The notes beneath the pieces were generated by a model. It had not been told where the DNA came from. It was given only the letters and a program-made list of their open reading frames with translations, and did not search any database. The position numbers and the translations under genes were made by a program. A DNA stretch of 64,000 nucleotides from Thermoplasmatota archaeon (GTDB lineage Archaea; Thermoplasmatota; JAKEGO01). Positions 27,881-38,358 of the stretch are shown here, piece by piece. Numbering within the stretch: position 1 is the first letter of the stretch; every line of letters starts with the position of its first letter. The stretch lies in contig JANQNK010000001.1 in NCBI GenBank assembly GCA_028279595.1, positions 64,001 through 128,000 on the forward strand. The letters are read 5' to 3'.

Positions 27881-29410
27881 ATGGACCTGAGTTCTTTCAA
27901 GTTCAACCCCCGTATTGCGGAGGGTATTCGCAGACAAGGTTACACGGAGGCCACTCCCATTCAGGAGAAGGCCATTCCCCATGTGCTCGAAGGCAACGAC
28001 GTTCTCTGTCTCGCTCAGACAGGTACTGGCAAGACAGCGGTCTTCGTCCTGCCGATCCTCGAGCATCTTCTCAAGAAGAGACCTGGGCCGGTTCGCGCCC
28101 TGATCCTTTCACCGACGAGAGAGCTGGCGGAACAGACCAGGGAGTTCTTTACAGCCCTTGGCAGTGCGACCCCCCTCGGATTCACTTCGATATACGGCGG
28201 CACGAACATAAACAAACAGATCAACAGACTGAAGAATGGAGTTGAAGTGGTCGTGGCCTGCCCCGGCAGGCTTCTGGACCACATGAACAGGGGAACGATC
28301 GATCTCTCCGAGGTCGAGATCCTCGTCATCGACGAAGCGGACAGGATGCTTGACATGGGATTCATCCCGGATGTCAGGAAGATAGTGAAGAAGGTTCCGA
28401 GGGATCGTCAGACGCTGCTCTTCTCGGCGACGATGCCAGACGACGTACGACAGCTGGCTCAGGAGGTCCTGTGGGACCCCGTGACCGTCGAGGTCGCTCA
28501 TTCGAAGCCGGCTCACACCGTTGCTCACGCGATCTATCCTGTCGAGCACTATCTCAAAACGTCCCTCCTGAAGGAGATCCTGAAGATGACGGACACTGGT
28601 TCCGTCCTTGTATTTACCCGGACGAAGCACAGGGCTCGACGCGTCGGAAACCAGCTCTCGAGGAGCGGTTACGACGCTGCATCACTTCACGGCGACATGG
28701 GACAGGGAGCGAGGCAGGACACACTGAAGAAGTTCAAGAGTGGCAAGATACAGATACTCGTCGCGACCGACATCGCCGCTAGGGGGATTGACATCTCCAC
28801 CATCTCACACGTCATCAACTACGACATCCCGGACACACCTGACAATTACATCCACAGAATCGGCCGGACCGGCCGCGCGGAACGGACCGGCGACGCCTTC
28901 ACCTTCGTATCCCACGAGGACGAGCGGACGGTCAGGGCCATCGAGGGCGTTCTAGGAGAGGAGATAGAACGCCGTTTCATGGACAAGTTCGATTACAGCG
29001 CTCCCGCACCGCCCGGAAGGCCTCCGCAGCATTACAACAAGGGAGGCTCCCGCCACGGAAAGCAGACCAGTGCCGTCTACAACGACGGGAGACGCTATAC
29101 GGATAGCAGTAGCAGCCAGAAGCGCTACGCCCAGGGAAGGACCGGCCAACACAGGGATGGCTCGGGTCACGGGGGCCATAGGCGCTATCAGAAGAACAAA
29201 TCCGGCGGGCAGCACTCGAACAAGGGTGGTCACGGAGGGTCGAACCGTCATCATCAAGGGTCGTCCGGCGGGCATCACAAGAAGCACGGTGGCAAGGGCG
29301 GTCAGAATCGCCACCATCACAACAAATCCGGTGGGCAGCAGAAGAATCGAAGCGGCCAATACCACCATCACAAGAAGGGCGGAAAGGGGAATCGCAGGCG
29401 TCGGAAGTGA
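27881..29410 (+). CDS. DEAD-box RNA helicase (RhlE-like) with long G/H/K/R/Q-rich tail
   Basis: TPIQ, AQTGTGKT, PTRELA, DEADRMLDMGF, SAT, ARGID, HRIGRTGR. Confidence 0.96.
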   Translation: MDLSSFKFNPRIAEGIRRQGYTEATPIQEKAIPHVLEGNDVLCLAQTGTGKTAVFVLPILEHLLKKRPGPVRALILSPTRELAEQTREFFTALGSATPLGFTSIYGGTNINKQINRLKNGVEVVVACPGRLLDHMNRGTIDLSEVEILVIDEADRMLDMGFIPDVRKIVKKVPRDRQTLLFSATMPDDVRQLAQEVLWDPVTVEVAHSKPAHTVAHAIYPVEHYLKTSLLKEILKMTDTGSVLVFTRTKHRARRVGNQLSRSGYDAASLHGDMGQGARQDTLKKFKSGKIQILVATDIAARGIDISTISHVINYDIPDTPDNYIHRIGRTGRAERTGDAFTFVSHEDERTVRAIEGVLGEEIERRFMDKFDYSAPAPPGRPPQHYNKGGSRHGKQTSAVYNDGRRYTDSSSSQKRYAQGRTGQHRDGSGHGGHRRYQKNKSGGQHSNKGGHGGSNRHHQGSSGGHHKKHGGKGGQNRHHHNKSGGQQKNRSGQYHHHKKGGKGNRRRRK

Positions 29411-29465
29411 ATCAATTCTCCAATAGTCATATAAGGGTCCTATTCGTAAGAAGGATGGGATCAAA

Positions 29466-30119
29466 ATGAGACTCCGTTCAACAGCGATATATCTCGTAAT
29501 ATCTGTCATTATTCTGAGTGTCATCAGTCCGGTCGTTGATGGAGCCCCTGCTGCTCGGAAACCGATCGTTCTCGAGATCCGGACGGTAAATCATTCGGAC
29601 CAGAGCATTCAGACGAACATTACAGATGCATCCATTCTCCGAGTACTTGGTGAGATAGACAACTACGGCGGTCTCGCATTCACAGAACCGGTCTCTGAAA
29701 GCATCCTGGATATCGACAGCTTCGCTCTCGATCTCGAGTTCATGAACCTCTCGATGTCACATATCAATGGTAGTGCTCGGATAATTCCATTCGATCAGGC
29801 TGAAGTCAGCGGCCTCGTATCGTTGCACCTTAGGATCCACTCGCGGGTCCAGCCTATCGACACGAATGGTGATGCGATCTGGGACACGACCTACATCTAC
29901 ATCACGACCGATGGCAGCCGAGACGATACAGTCCGCAAAGAGGTGAGGTCATACATCGCCGAGCACAATGAGAGGGTTCCAGCAAACATGAAGCTAGATC
30001 TACTCATCCACAGCGAGGATGATGAAGAAGTCCATGATGTGACGCTTATCTTCATTGGTATCGTTGCTGTTGCGCTAATCCTACTGGTCGCAACGCGCCA
30101 TATCGATCGAAAGAAGTAG
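29466..30119 (+). CDS. Hypothetical secreted protein with C-terminal membrane anchor
   Basis: Signal peptide, C-terminal TM and basic tail. Confidence 0.7.
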   Translation: MRLRSTAIYLVISVIILSVISPVVDGAPAARKPIVLEIRTVNHSDQSIQTNITDASILRVLGEIDNYGGLAFTEPVSESILDIDSFALDLEFMNLSMSHINGSARIIPFDQAEVSGLVSLHLRIHSRVQPIDTNGDAIWDTTYIYITTDGSRDDTVRKEVRSYIAEHNERVPANMKLDLLIHSEDDEEVHDVTLIFIGIVAVALILLVATRHIDRKK

Positions 30120-30176
30120 CTCACTGTCCAATCTTTACTAGAATTGATATAAACCCCGAGAACAAAGGTGTGTTAA

Positions 30177-30324
30177 TCAAGAGAGTGCAAACTCTCCCGC
30201 CACCGAACGTGAGAGGTCACCCCAAGAAAGCTCTCTTGAGAAGCACAAAACGGGGATCGCGGTCATCGCCAGCCAATTCTTCATGGGCGACATTGGTCCC
30301 TCCGCGGTCCCCACACAATGTGCT
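30177..30324 (+). ncRNA. Candidate structured non-coding RNA (two long hairpins)
   Basis: 9-bp stem 30177-85/30231-39, GCAA tetraloop hairpin 30181-96, 11-bp stem 30252-62/30302-12, outer stem AGCACA/TGTGCT. Confidence 0.35.
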
Positions 30325-30389
30325 GTGGTATTGTCATTCCCCAACGATACCTTTTTCTCGCTCGCATCTGTATAAGAAACGGGTTGCCC

Positions 30390-30986
30390 ATGAGCAAGTA
30401 CCAGCTGAGACAATGGATAACTGCGAAAAAAGATGCCATTTCAATAGGTCTTTCCCTTCTAGTTCTCATTGGTGCGATCGTTTGGTCGTATTACTATATA
30501 GAAATGAATCGACACGATCAAGACCCTAGCGATCTGGAAGGCACCTGGGAACTTAGCGATGATGGTGATTACGTTCTTAAGTTCGAGGGCAATTTCTACC
30601 AACCACATGGTTTTATTAGCTGGGAATTACGGGATGATCAAGGGCGCCTCGTGAATTGGACGGATCCCTCCGGAGAGATCATCTCAATGAAAGGAATGTT
30701 GAATAAAGTTAATTATACATATCGACATGTTATGCGAGCGGATATCACGTACGGTAACTTTCACTCTAGAACTCCAATGGTGAATCCACACTCAAATCAA
30801 AACCACACATTATGCATCGTTACAATGGATGACGACGACAATACCAACTTCAGCGATGGGGATTCCCTCTGGATTAGATCCATAGCCAACGGGGGTTGCG
30901 CCGACGTCGGATATTCTTTACATCTTCGTAACATTGATGAAAACCTAAACTACAAGACGCTCACAATACCAGATGGCTTAGGATAG
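30390..30986 (+). CDS. Hypothetical protein with N-terminal TM anchor
   Basis: Single TM. D.DDN.NFSDGD motif near the C-terminus. Confidence 0.65.
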   Translation: MSKYQLRQWITAKKDAISIGLSLLVLIGAIVWSYYYIEMNRHDQDPSDLEGTWELSDDGDYVLKFEGNFYQPHGFISWELRDDQGRLVNWTDPSGEIISMKGMLNKVNYTYRHVMRADITYGNFHSRTPMVNPHSNQNHTLCIVTMDDDDNTNFSDGDSLWIRSIANGGCADVGYSLHLRNIDENLNYKTLTIPDGLG

Positions 30987-32039
30987 GATGTCCCCTAGCC
31001 GCCCCGTGTCCCTCGCCATCTTGATTTCCTGCCCGATCCTCACGCCGGTCGAGAGGTTCGGCTCGATCATCTCGGAATAGGCCGACCCACCGATGAACGG
31101 ATTCGTCCCGGCAACAATTCTAGCAGAGATCTCGAAGACAACGAACTCGAGTTGATCGGTAACAATTGTCTCAAGACAGAACGGACCCCAGAGTCCGCCG
31201 AAGAGCTCGATGGACTTCTCGACGACGTCCTCACCCATCTTGAGCACCTTCGGAAGAAGGCTCTCTCGAATAACGATCGGAACGTTTCCAGTGACGACGA
31301 AGGAAGCATAGATCCCGAGCCGCTTCAGCTCCTCCTGGCTTCCAAGCTTGTACATCTCGTCGATGTTGGTCTCGTCGCGACGGTCCATGGAGAGCATCTG
31401 AAGGGTTCCCTTCGATAACTGGTAACCTTCTTCCTGGATTGGAGAGTAGAAGTAATGGAGATAGTAGCGGGTCCCTGTCACGTATTCCTGGATGTTGTAC
31501 TCCTGGGTCGGGTCCAGACCCTGCTCGAAGTCGTCGTAGTTCTTGGCGATGAAGAAACCCCTGCCACCTTTTGCGCCCTGGTACTTGACCAACACTGGCC
31601 TATCTATCTTGGTGGGGTCCTCGATCAGCGTGGGCATCTTGATCCCAGCTGACTCGAGCCATTCCCGCTGTTTCTTCCTGTCGCTCTCCCATGCCAGCAC
31701 TCCGCGGTTCCCGAAGATGGGAACATCCAGCTCGACGACCTTGTCGGCTCCGAGGTACTCGACGAACGACCCGTGGGGGACGATGACGGAGTTCCTGGCC
31801 AGGAGCTCGTCCTTCAGCCCCATCAGCTCGGCGTAGCTGTCCAGGAGGATGAACTCGTCCGGTTTTCCCAGGGGGAATGCATCGTAGAACTTGGGAGGCC
31901 TGTTGACGGCGATCCCCAGGGTCTTCAACCCTTCCTTCTTCGCACCGTGGAAGATCTGAAGACTTGAGTGAGAACATACTGTGGTAACGGTAACATCGGA
32001 ATAATCGTCTATTATCCTTGCTAGGTCATCCGTTTCCAT
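30978..32039 (-). CDS. purP: 5-formaminoimidazole-4-carboxamide ribonucleotide synthetase
   Basis: CSHSSLQI, PHGSFVEY, GAKGGRG, RESLLP, EISARIVAGTN. Confidence 0.95.
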   Translation of the reverse strand: METDDLARIIDDYSDVTVTTVCSHSSLQIFHGAKKEGLKTLGIAVNRPPKFYDAFPLGKPDEFILLDSYAELMGLKDELLARNSVIVPHGSFVEYLGADKVVELDVPIFGNRGVLAWESDRKKQREWLESAGIKMPTLIEDPTKIDRPVLVKYQGAKGGRGFFIAKNYDDFEQGLDPTQEYNIQEYVTGTRYYLHYFYSPIQEEGYQLSKGTLQMLSMDRRDETNIDEMYKLGSQEELKRLGIYASFVVTGNVPIVIRESLLPKVLKMGEDVVEKSIELFGGLWGPFCLETIVTDQLEFVVFEISARIVAGTNPFIGGSAYSEMIEPNLSTGVRIGQEIKMARDTGRLGDILS

Positions 32040-32071
32040 TACGGGCCTATGAAGGGTCTCCTTTAAGATAT

Positions 32072-33967
32072 TTACGCTCGACCGATCTTGGCCAATCCCT
32101 TCGTGGCCTTGACGTCGTTCGGGTCCTTGGTCAGTGCCTCGCGGTAGCACTTCTCGGCCTTGTCATGGTCGTTGAGCTGGCGGTAGGCGAACCCGAGGCT
32201 GGTCCAGAGCCTGACATTGTCCTCGTCAGATTTCAGCAGGACCTCGTACAGGCCGATGGCATCGAGGTAGTTGCCAGCGAGGAGCTTTCTGTCGGCGGCC
32301 TTCCTGTCGAAGATCCTCATGGTCTCCTCTGGGACGCTGTCCGCCGCTGTGGGCTTCGCGTCTGTTGGGATGACCTTCTTGGGTCTTGGTGGTGCCTTCG
32401 TTGGCCTCGGCTTCGGAGCCACTGCCGGGACACCCATCTTCGCCTTCACGCGCTTCCTCCTCTCCTTCGGAGCCCTTACTTCCACGTCCAGCTCATCTTG
32501 CGCTGGCGACTCCAACGCCCTGACCTCGGCCAGGCATGCGTCGCGGCCCGCACGGAATTTCGGCTCGTCCCGGTCGAGGATCATCGCCCTCTCGTATGCG
32601 ATCACCGCCTCCTCGTAACGGTTCAGCGCACGCAGTGCGATGGCCTTGTTGTTCCAGAAATGCGGATTGTCGGGATCGATCGTAAGCGCCCTCTCGAAGA
32701 GGACCAGGGCCTCATCGTACCTGTCCTGTCTGAACAGCTCGTTCCCCGACTCCTTGAGCTTGTCGGCCTCCTCGTTGAGGTACTGCATGAACTGCTTCTT
32801 GTCTATCTTCTCGAGCCTCGCCTGGACCGCCTTCTCCGTGGATAGTCCACGGGCCATGTCGGGGATGTACGGCGACTGTTCCACCAGTCCCTCGGAGATC
32901 GATCTGGCGTATATGTAAAGGGCAGCGTATCCGACCAGGGAAATGGACGAGATAAGGAAGATGAGGACCCCGATCGGACGTAGGTAGAACACGGTGGAAC
33001 GGAGGCTCACCTCGGCGGGCTCATCCTCCAGGCTGACGATTATTATGGTATAGCGTCCGGGATAGAGGCCCTTGTCCAGCTCGATGTTCGATCCGGTCCC
33101 GAACACCACCGGGTCCTCCCCCGCCCACCTGTAAACGACAACCTCCGTGTGGGCGACGATCTCGTCCCCGAAGAGCAGTACCCGGTAGGAACCCTGGGCC
33201 AGTGATACGAATCCTGTCACGTCCCCGGTGTCATCCCAGTAGACAGTGCAGTTGTCCCTGAAGTCGGGATCGTTCCAGAGCGCTCCAAGCCCGAGTTCGT
33301 TGACGAAATGCAGGTAGGTCGTCTCGTCGACGACGCACATGTCCACAGCCCCCTCGCTCGTGAGCCCGAACCTCCAGGTCTCCGTCGTGTTCCTGACGAC
33401 CATGTTCACGACATTCATCGGGTCGTTGGACGGGAACCCTTCGAAAACGTTCTCGATCCCCGATGGGATCTCGATGATCTCATCCTCCTCGTAGGGAATG
33501 ACGTACAGGTCGAACTTCTGGTCCGACTCGAGCTCTATCGCCACTTCCTGTCTGAAGGTCGGTATCCCGAGGACCCAGAAGCTCATCTCGCCGTAGACCG
33601 GTGGATTGATGGTCTCCTTGTGCTCCGACGGGGTAGTCATCTGGGTCATGATGAGGAGGGGCGAGACGATGAGCATCATCACGACGATGACGAGGACCAC
33701 GGAACGGGAGCGTCCCAGGAACTGGCGCGTCCTTATCCTTGCCAGGAGCGGCACCTCCTTCATCATGAGGTTGAGCTCCTCTCGAAGGAATATGAAGCCC
33801 TCGAAGACGGCGATCACTAGGAAGATCGTCACTGCCCCGAACTTGGCCGCCTGGTCCATGGGCTTCATGATCATCTCGAGGATGAAGAAGAGGAGGAGCG
33901 TCTGTAGGATTAGGAGGAGAATGAATCCCTTCCTGAAGCTCCGGACCCCTCTCGGCATCTCCGTCAC
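32072..33967 (-). CDS. Membrane protein with cytoplasmic TPR repeats
   Basis: Four TM segments, extracellular domain, C-terminal TPRs (RYDEAL..FERAL.IDP.N..FWNNK). Confidence 0.8.
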   Translation of the reverse strand: MTEMPRGVRSFRKGFILLLILQTLLLFFILEMIMKPMDQAAKFGAVTIFLVIAVFEGFIFLREELNLMMKEVPLLARIRTRQFLGRSRSVVLVIVVMMLIVSPLLIMTQMTTPSEHKETINPPVYGEMSFWVLGIPTFRQEVAIELESDQKFDLYVIPYEEDEIIEIPSGIENVFEGFPSNDPMNVVNMVVRNTTETWRFGLTSEGAVDMCVVDETTYLHFVNELGLGALWNDPDFRDNCTVYWDDTGDVTGFVSLAQGSYRVLLFGDEIVAHTEVVVYRWAGEDPVVFGTGSNIELDKGLYPGRYTIIIVSLEDEPAEVSLRSTVFYLRPIGVLIFLISSISLVGYAALYIYARSISEGLVEQSPYIPDMARGLSTEKAVQARLEKIDKKQFMQYLNEEADKLKESGNELFRQDRYDEALVLFERALTIDPDNPHFWNNKAIALRALNRYEEAVIAYERAMILDRDEPKFRAGRDACLAEVRALESPAQDELDVEVRAPKERRKRVKAKMGVPAVAPKPRPTKAPPRPKKVIPTDAKPTAADSVPEETMRIFDRKAADRKLLAGNYLDAIGLYEVLLKSDEDNVRLWTSLGFAYRQLNDHDKAEKCYREALTKDPNDVKATKGLAKIGRA

Positions 33968-34072
33968 GATCCCACCTTATGCGGATAATCGTGACTCAGC
34001 ATATTAAACCTACTGAGAACCCGGAGACCCCAGAATGCACAAGCATTTATTATCCTGCTACGATTCCGCGTC

Positions 34073-35557
34073 GTGAGCGGATTCGTCGTCCTCATGGTCC
34101 TCGACGGCTGGGGCGTCGCCCCCGAAGGGAGCGGCAACGCGATATCGAGGGCGTCCACACCGTCCTATGACGATCTTCTATCAAGGTGGCCGAACTCGAC
34201 ACTGAAGGCGAGCGGGAACGCCGTCGGTCTCCCTGAGGGACAGATGGGCAACTCTGAGGTCGGGCACATGACCATCGGGGCCGGCCGCATCCTCCTTCAG
34301 CCGTTGAGCAGGATGAACGAGGCCGTCAGGACTGGCCAGTTCGCTGATAACGAAGTCATTTCGAGGGCAATGGACGTTCCAGAGGGGAACAGGCTCCACC
34401 TCATCGCCATGCTCAGCGACGGAGGCGTCCACAGCCACCAGGAGCACTTGTTCCACATGTTGAAGCTCGCACGTGAGAGAGGACTCGAGCCATGGATCCA
34501 TGTCGTGCTGGACGGACGCGACACCCCCCCGAGGTCCGCCCGACCGTACTTCGAGGCGCTTGAGGGGGCGATCGCGGAGCACGGAGGAAGGGTCGCCACC
34601 ATCGCGGGACGATACTTCGCCATGGACCGGGACAACAGGTGGGACAGGACGAGGCTCGAGTACGATGCCATCGTGAGCGCGGAGGGCCCGACGCGTTCGA
34701 ACTGGGAGATTACCCTCGACGATTCCTACAACGACGGGAAGGGTGACGAGTTCGTCGTTCCTGTGGCCATCGACGGATACGGCGGTCTCAATGACGGCGA
34801 CAGCGTGATCATGGTCAACTTCAGGCCAGATCGTATCCGCCAGATATCGGAGGCGCTGACCTCACCATCCTTCGATGGGTTCGACCGCGCATCCCCTCCG
34901 GACATTTCATACACCACGATGATGACCGTCTCGGACGGCACCGTGGGGGAGATCGTCCTGCCGCCGATAACCGTGACTGAGACCCTCGGCGAGATCGTCT
35001 CCCTGAATGGAACGCAGCTGAGGCTCGCGGAGACGGAGAAGTACGCTCATGTGACCTTCTTCCTGAACGATGGCCGGCGCGAACCCTACCCCGGAGAGGA
35101 GAGGGTGCTTGTCCCTTCCCCGAAGGTCGCCACATACGACATGAAGCCAGAGATGAGCGCCAGCGAGGTCGCCGACAACCTCATCGAACGGCTGGACGCC
35201 GGGCACATTCTGATCGTTGTCAACTTCGCTAACCCGGACATGGTCGGGCACACAGGAGACATGGAAGCCACGATCGCCGCCGTGGAAGCGGTCGATTCAT
35301 GCCTGGGCCGTATCAGCTCGGCGGTCGAGGAACGCGGCGGGAACATCGTCCTGATCGCTGACCACGGGAACGCTGAGCAGATGTTCGACGACGATGATGT
35401 AAGGACGGCTCACTCTCTCAACCGCGTCCCATGCATCGTCACTGGCGTCGAGGGAGAGCTCGAAGACGGGGAGCTCCAGGACGTCGCCCCGACGGTGCTC
35501 ACGCTGCTCGGATTGGATGTCCCCGATGGGATGACGGGCCGCAACCTACTTCACTGA
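34073..35557 (+). CDS. gpmI: 2,3-bisphosphoglycerate-independent phosphoglycerate mutase (bacterial type)
   Basis: LDGWG, GQMGNSEVGH, DGRDT, AETEKYAHVT, NPDMVGHTG, ADHGN. Confidence 0.96.
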   Translation: MSGFVVLMVLDGWGVAPEGSGNAISRASTPSYDDLLSRWPNSTLKASGNAVGLPEGQMGNSEVGHMTIGAGRILLQPLSRMNEAVRTGQFADNEVISRAMDVPEGNRLHLIAMLSDGGVHSHQEHLFHMLKLARERGLEPWIHVVLDGRDTPPRSARPYFEALEGAIAEHGGRVATIAGRYFAMDRDNRWDRTRLEYDAIVSAEGPTRSNWEITLDDSYNDGKGDEFVVPVAIDGYGGLNDGDSVIMVNFRPDRIRQISEALTSPSFDGFDRASPPDISYTTMMTVSDGTVGEIVLPPITVTETLGEIVSLNGTQLRLAETEKYAHVTFFLNDGRREPYPGEERVLVPSPKVATYDMKPEMSASEVADNLIERLDAGHILIVVNFANPDMVGHTGDMEATIAAVEAVDSCLGRISSAVEERGGNIVLIADHGNAEQMFDDDDVRTAHSLNRVPCIVTGVEGELEDGELQDVAPTVLTLLGLDVPDGMTGRNLLH

Positions 35558-36120
35558 TCGGCCTTCGCTTCCGGCCCTGTCTTCAATTCCGCGACCTTTC
35601 TCTTGACGCTCTTGTCGCATATCTTGCAGTAGAAGCCCCTGTCCTTGCGCTCCATCACCTGTCCGCAGAAGGCGCATGTCGATTTTATCACGCCGAGGTC
35701 CGGCGCGTTCAGCTTGATCCTGACCGCAGGTTCGTCCTCTATAACGATCGCCTTGACGATGTCGCCGGGCGCGACCGCGTTCGAGAAGTCCTTGTGGTAC
35801 TCTCCCGAGATCTTCGAGATGTGAAGGGTGGCGTAATCCTCGGTTATGATCGTCCTCGGATTGTTGATGCAGTGCATGATCTCGACCATCGCCATGGAGC
35901 TCCTCGTCATGGCGACCATGCCCACGACGAGGTCCCCTTTCCTCGGAGGTCCGGGCTCGGGTTCGCCCGTCTCCACGCGGACGGTCCTCTCGCTGTCGTC
36001 GATGATCGCTGTCCCCGCCCTGCCGGCGAAAATGGTACCGTCCTCCTCGTAGGTACCCGCCTGTCCGATGTACTCTTCAGATAATCCCAGCTTCTCGCCG
36101 GGAACGACTGGCTTCTTCAT
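35551..36120 (-). CDS. csl4: Exosome complex RNA-binding protein Csl4
   Basis: VVPGEKLG..EEY, S1 domain (GDIVKA), LGVI...C..C and C..C...RKVA Zn ribbon. Confidence 0.93.
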   Translation of the reverse strand: MKKPVVPGEKLGLSEEYIGQAGTYEEDGTIFAGRAGTAIIDDSERTVRVETGEPEPGPPRKGDLVVGMVAMTRSSMAMVEIMHCINNPRTIITEDYATLHISKISGEYHKDFSNAVAPGDIVKAIVIEDEPAVRIKLNAPDLGVIKSTCAFCGQVMERKDRGFYCKICDKSVKRKVAELKTGPEAKADQ

Positions 36121-36124
36121 TGTA

Positions 36125-36478
36125 TCACTTGATCCTCTGGAACCCGCCCTTGCGGTCCCGATCCCCGCTGTCGGTGGTCGCACCGCCCTTGTCGGAGCTT
36201 TCGATGTAATCGACCTCGATGTCGCCCTTGCCGACCATCTGGTTGAACTCCGCGACGATCTCCTCGCTCTCCTTGAGATAGAACTCGACCTTGCCGCACT
36301 TCATGCATGCCCACATCCATATGGGCACCGACATCTTCAGCCACGAGCTCCAGGGCTTCTGCCATGACATGAAGTTCCCCTGGTGGGAGAAGCTCTTCGA
36401 ACGTACTAGTGGCCCGCCGCACTTCTCGCACTTCATGACGCGAAGCGAGGTCTTCTCCGTAACTCCCGTGGTTGCCAT
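36125..36478 (-). CDS. Zn-ribbon hypothetical protein
   Basis: CEKCGG...CMKCGKVEFY. Confidence 0.75.
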   Translation of the reverse strand: MATTGVTEKTSLRVMKCEKCGGPLVRSKSFSHQGNFMSWQKPWSSWLKMSVPIWMWACMKCGKVEFYLKESEEIVAEFNQMVGKGDIEVDYIESSDKGGATTDSGDRDRKGGFQRIK

Positions 36479-36576
36479 CAATCCTAGCATAACCGAGTCC
36501 AATATTAATCTTTCCGTGACCAGAACGAAGCGTTCGAGCGAATTCGTTTTAAATATATCGTGTGGGATTGCGGACC

Positions 36577-37320
36577 ATGGCCTTCAACGCAAAGGCCGCG
36601 GCCGGTGCCGCCGTCGCGATCATCGTGGTCCTCGGACTCTACCTGACGATGCCCCTCTCTCCAGAGGAGGATTCGAAGGACACCACCACCGTTGACGCCA
36701 CGATCCAGGCGAACCGCACCGACCTCAGGGTCGGAGCCGAGCTCGTCCTCGACGGCACCCACTCTACAGGGGACATCGTCGAGTACAGATGGAACCTCGG
36801 AGAGGGCTCGAACAGGAACGGAGACACGGTCACACATTCCTACAACGAGGTCGGCAGATATCACGTTTCTCTCACCGTAACGGACGGGGACGGGAAGACC
36901 GACAAGGATTACATCTACGTCAGGGTCTTCTCCGTCGTCTGGTACAACGGGACTGTCAACGCCGACGACCAGGAGGAGACCCACACCTTCGAGGTGATCT
37001 GGGAGGAGCGATCGGAGGCCCCGGTCCAGAAGGCCCAGGGCGCTGACATCCTCGTGACTTACGACGCAACACCGAACGTCGGCGACGAGAACCAACTCAA
37101 CGTCACAGCAAGGAGCCCGGCGGGCGACGTTGAACGCGACAGCCCCGACGAGGAGTGGGAGGAGTCGGGGACCAAGTACGCTAGAATAATCTTCGTCGAG
37201 CAGGAGATGCTCTACCGGGGCGGTGACTGGGAAGTGACGATCAGGTACGACCGCGGTGGTCTGCCCCCTGCCGGCAACTCGGACATCGACTACCACGTCA
37301 GGATCTTCGTGTTCTACTAA
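36577..37320 (+). CDS. PKD domain-containing membrane-anchored protein
   Basis: N-terminal TM, then LDG..S...I..Y.WNLGEG...HSY...G.Y.VSLTVTD. Confidence 0.85.
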   Translation: MAFNAKAAAGAAVAIIVVLGLYLTMPLSPEEDSKDTTTVDATIQANRTDLRVGAELVLDGTHSTGDIVEYRWNLGEGSNRNGDTVTHSYNEVGRYHVSLTVTDGDGKTDKDYIYVRVFSVVWYNGTVNADDQEETHTFEVIWEERSEAPVQKAQGADILVTYDATPNVGDENQLNVTARSPAGDVERDSPDEEWEESGTKYARIIFVEQEMLYRGGDWEVTIRYDRGGLPPAGNSDIDYHVRIFVFY

Positions 37321-37422
37321 GTTCAAGAGAATTCATCTTTACCAAACCATATTTATCTCACAATCGTATCCAGATGAGTGAAACCATATCGATTGAGCGG
37401 CCGGGCGAGATCGGGGATTGGT

Positions 37423-38358
37423 ATGGATCTTACATATGGGATACTTCTCCTAGCAGTAACCATCCTACTTGCTTTCGATCCGAGGTTGTTCGTGGATCTC
37501 CAATTATCATTGGTATGGTTATTCATTGCTGGATTCACCGCAATGATATTCTATCATTTCTCGGGCTCGGTGCGAATGAAGACCCTTGAGGTCGATGACC
37601 TCGGAGTTCGACTATTTATCGGCTCTAAGAAGGAATGGGATATACCGTGGAGCGCAATTGACTCAGTTGGATCCTCATCGGTTCCAGGCCGATACCCACG
37701 AGTCGGATTCAGTATCGTTAGTGCCGGAAAGGGCCATTCTGTTAATGACAGGGATCAGATGGGTAACAGAAATGAACTTGAACAAGCCTTTGAGATAATC
37801 GTCAGAAAAGCTACCACCTACAATATCGACATTAATGACACTCTCGGATGGGCTACGGATGTATTACCGACCGATTACATTGAATATAAACAGAGGTTAT
37901 TCGCACATGGCAAAGAAAAATGGCATGACACGGGACAACGAGGAGCATTTGACAATGTATTCCTGTATTTCATACTCTCATTCTTAGTGGTTGGTGTGGG
38001 GATTCTGATTCTCCTTCCGGGATCAGAATTTCAAATTTGGGGATATATGCTGTTGGTACAACCTATGATATTCCTCCCCATTATCCTCTTGATCTATCTA
38101 TCGAGCATTGCTAGCATATGGTTTGATGATACGGGTATCGTGTTACGGTTTCCAAGGGGGAATGATAAGGTCATCAGATGGGGCGATATCAAGAACATCG
38201 GGGCAAACCCGAGAACGGGGTATATCGGAATATCTACATTCAGCGGAAAGGGTTGGGCCGGATTCAAGTTCCAGGAAGATGTTTGCGAAGCCATACAAGT
38301 TCATTTTTCCGCTTTCGAAAAACGGAGGAAATCCGCTCCCGGAAGGGGAAAGTGGTGA
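37423..38358 (+). CDS. Hypothetical membrane protein, two 2TM+PH-like repeats
   Basis: Two TM hairpins, each followed by DD.G....IPW..I / IRW.DI. Lower GC. Confidence 0.65.
   Translation: MDLTYGILLLAVTILLAFDPRLFVDLQLSLVWLFIAGFTAMIFYHFSGSVRMKTLEVDDLGVRLFIGSKKEWDIPWSAIDSVGSSSVPGRYPRVGFSIVSAGKGHSVNDRDQMGNRNELEQAFEIIVRKATTYNIDINDTLGWATDVLPTDYIEYKQRLFAHGKEKWHDTGQRGAFDNVFLYFILSFLVVGVGILILLPGSEFQIWGYMLLVQPMIFLPIILLIYLSSIASIWFDDTGIVLRFPRGNDKVIRWGDIKNIGANPRTGYIGISTFSGKGWAGFKFQEDVCEAIQVHFSAFEKRRKSAPGRGKW

Noticed and set aside
30177-30245. Resemblance to a glycine riboswitch (GAGAG...CACCGAA...AAAGCTCTC)
   Set aside because: It lacks the conserved CUCUCAGG/GAAGG core and is not upstream of glycine genes.
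30177-30293. 38-aa minus-strand ORF (MSPMKNWLAM...) with a GGAGGG SD
   Set aside because: No codon bias or motif. The region is better explained by RNA structure, though the ORF cannot be excluded.
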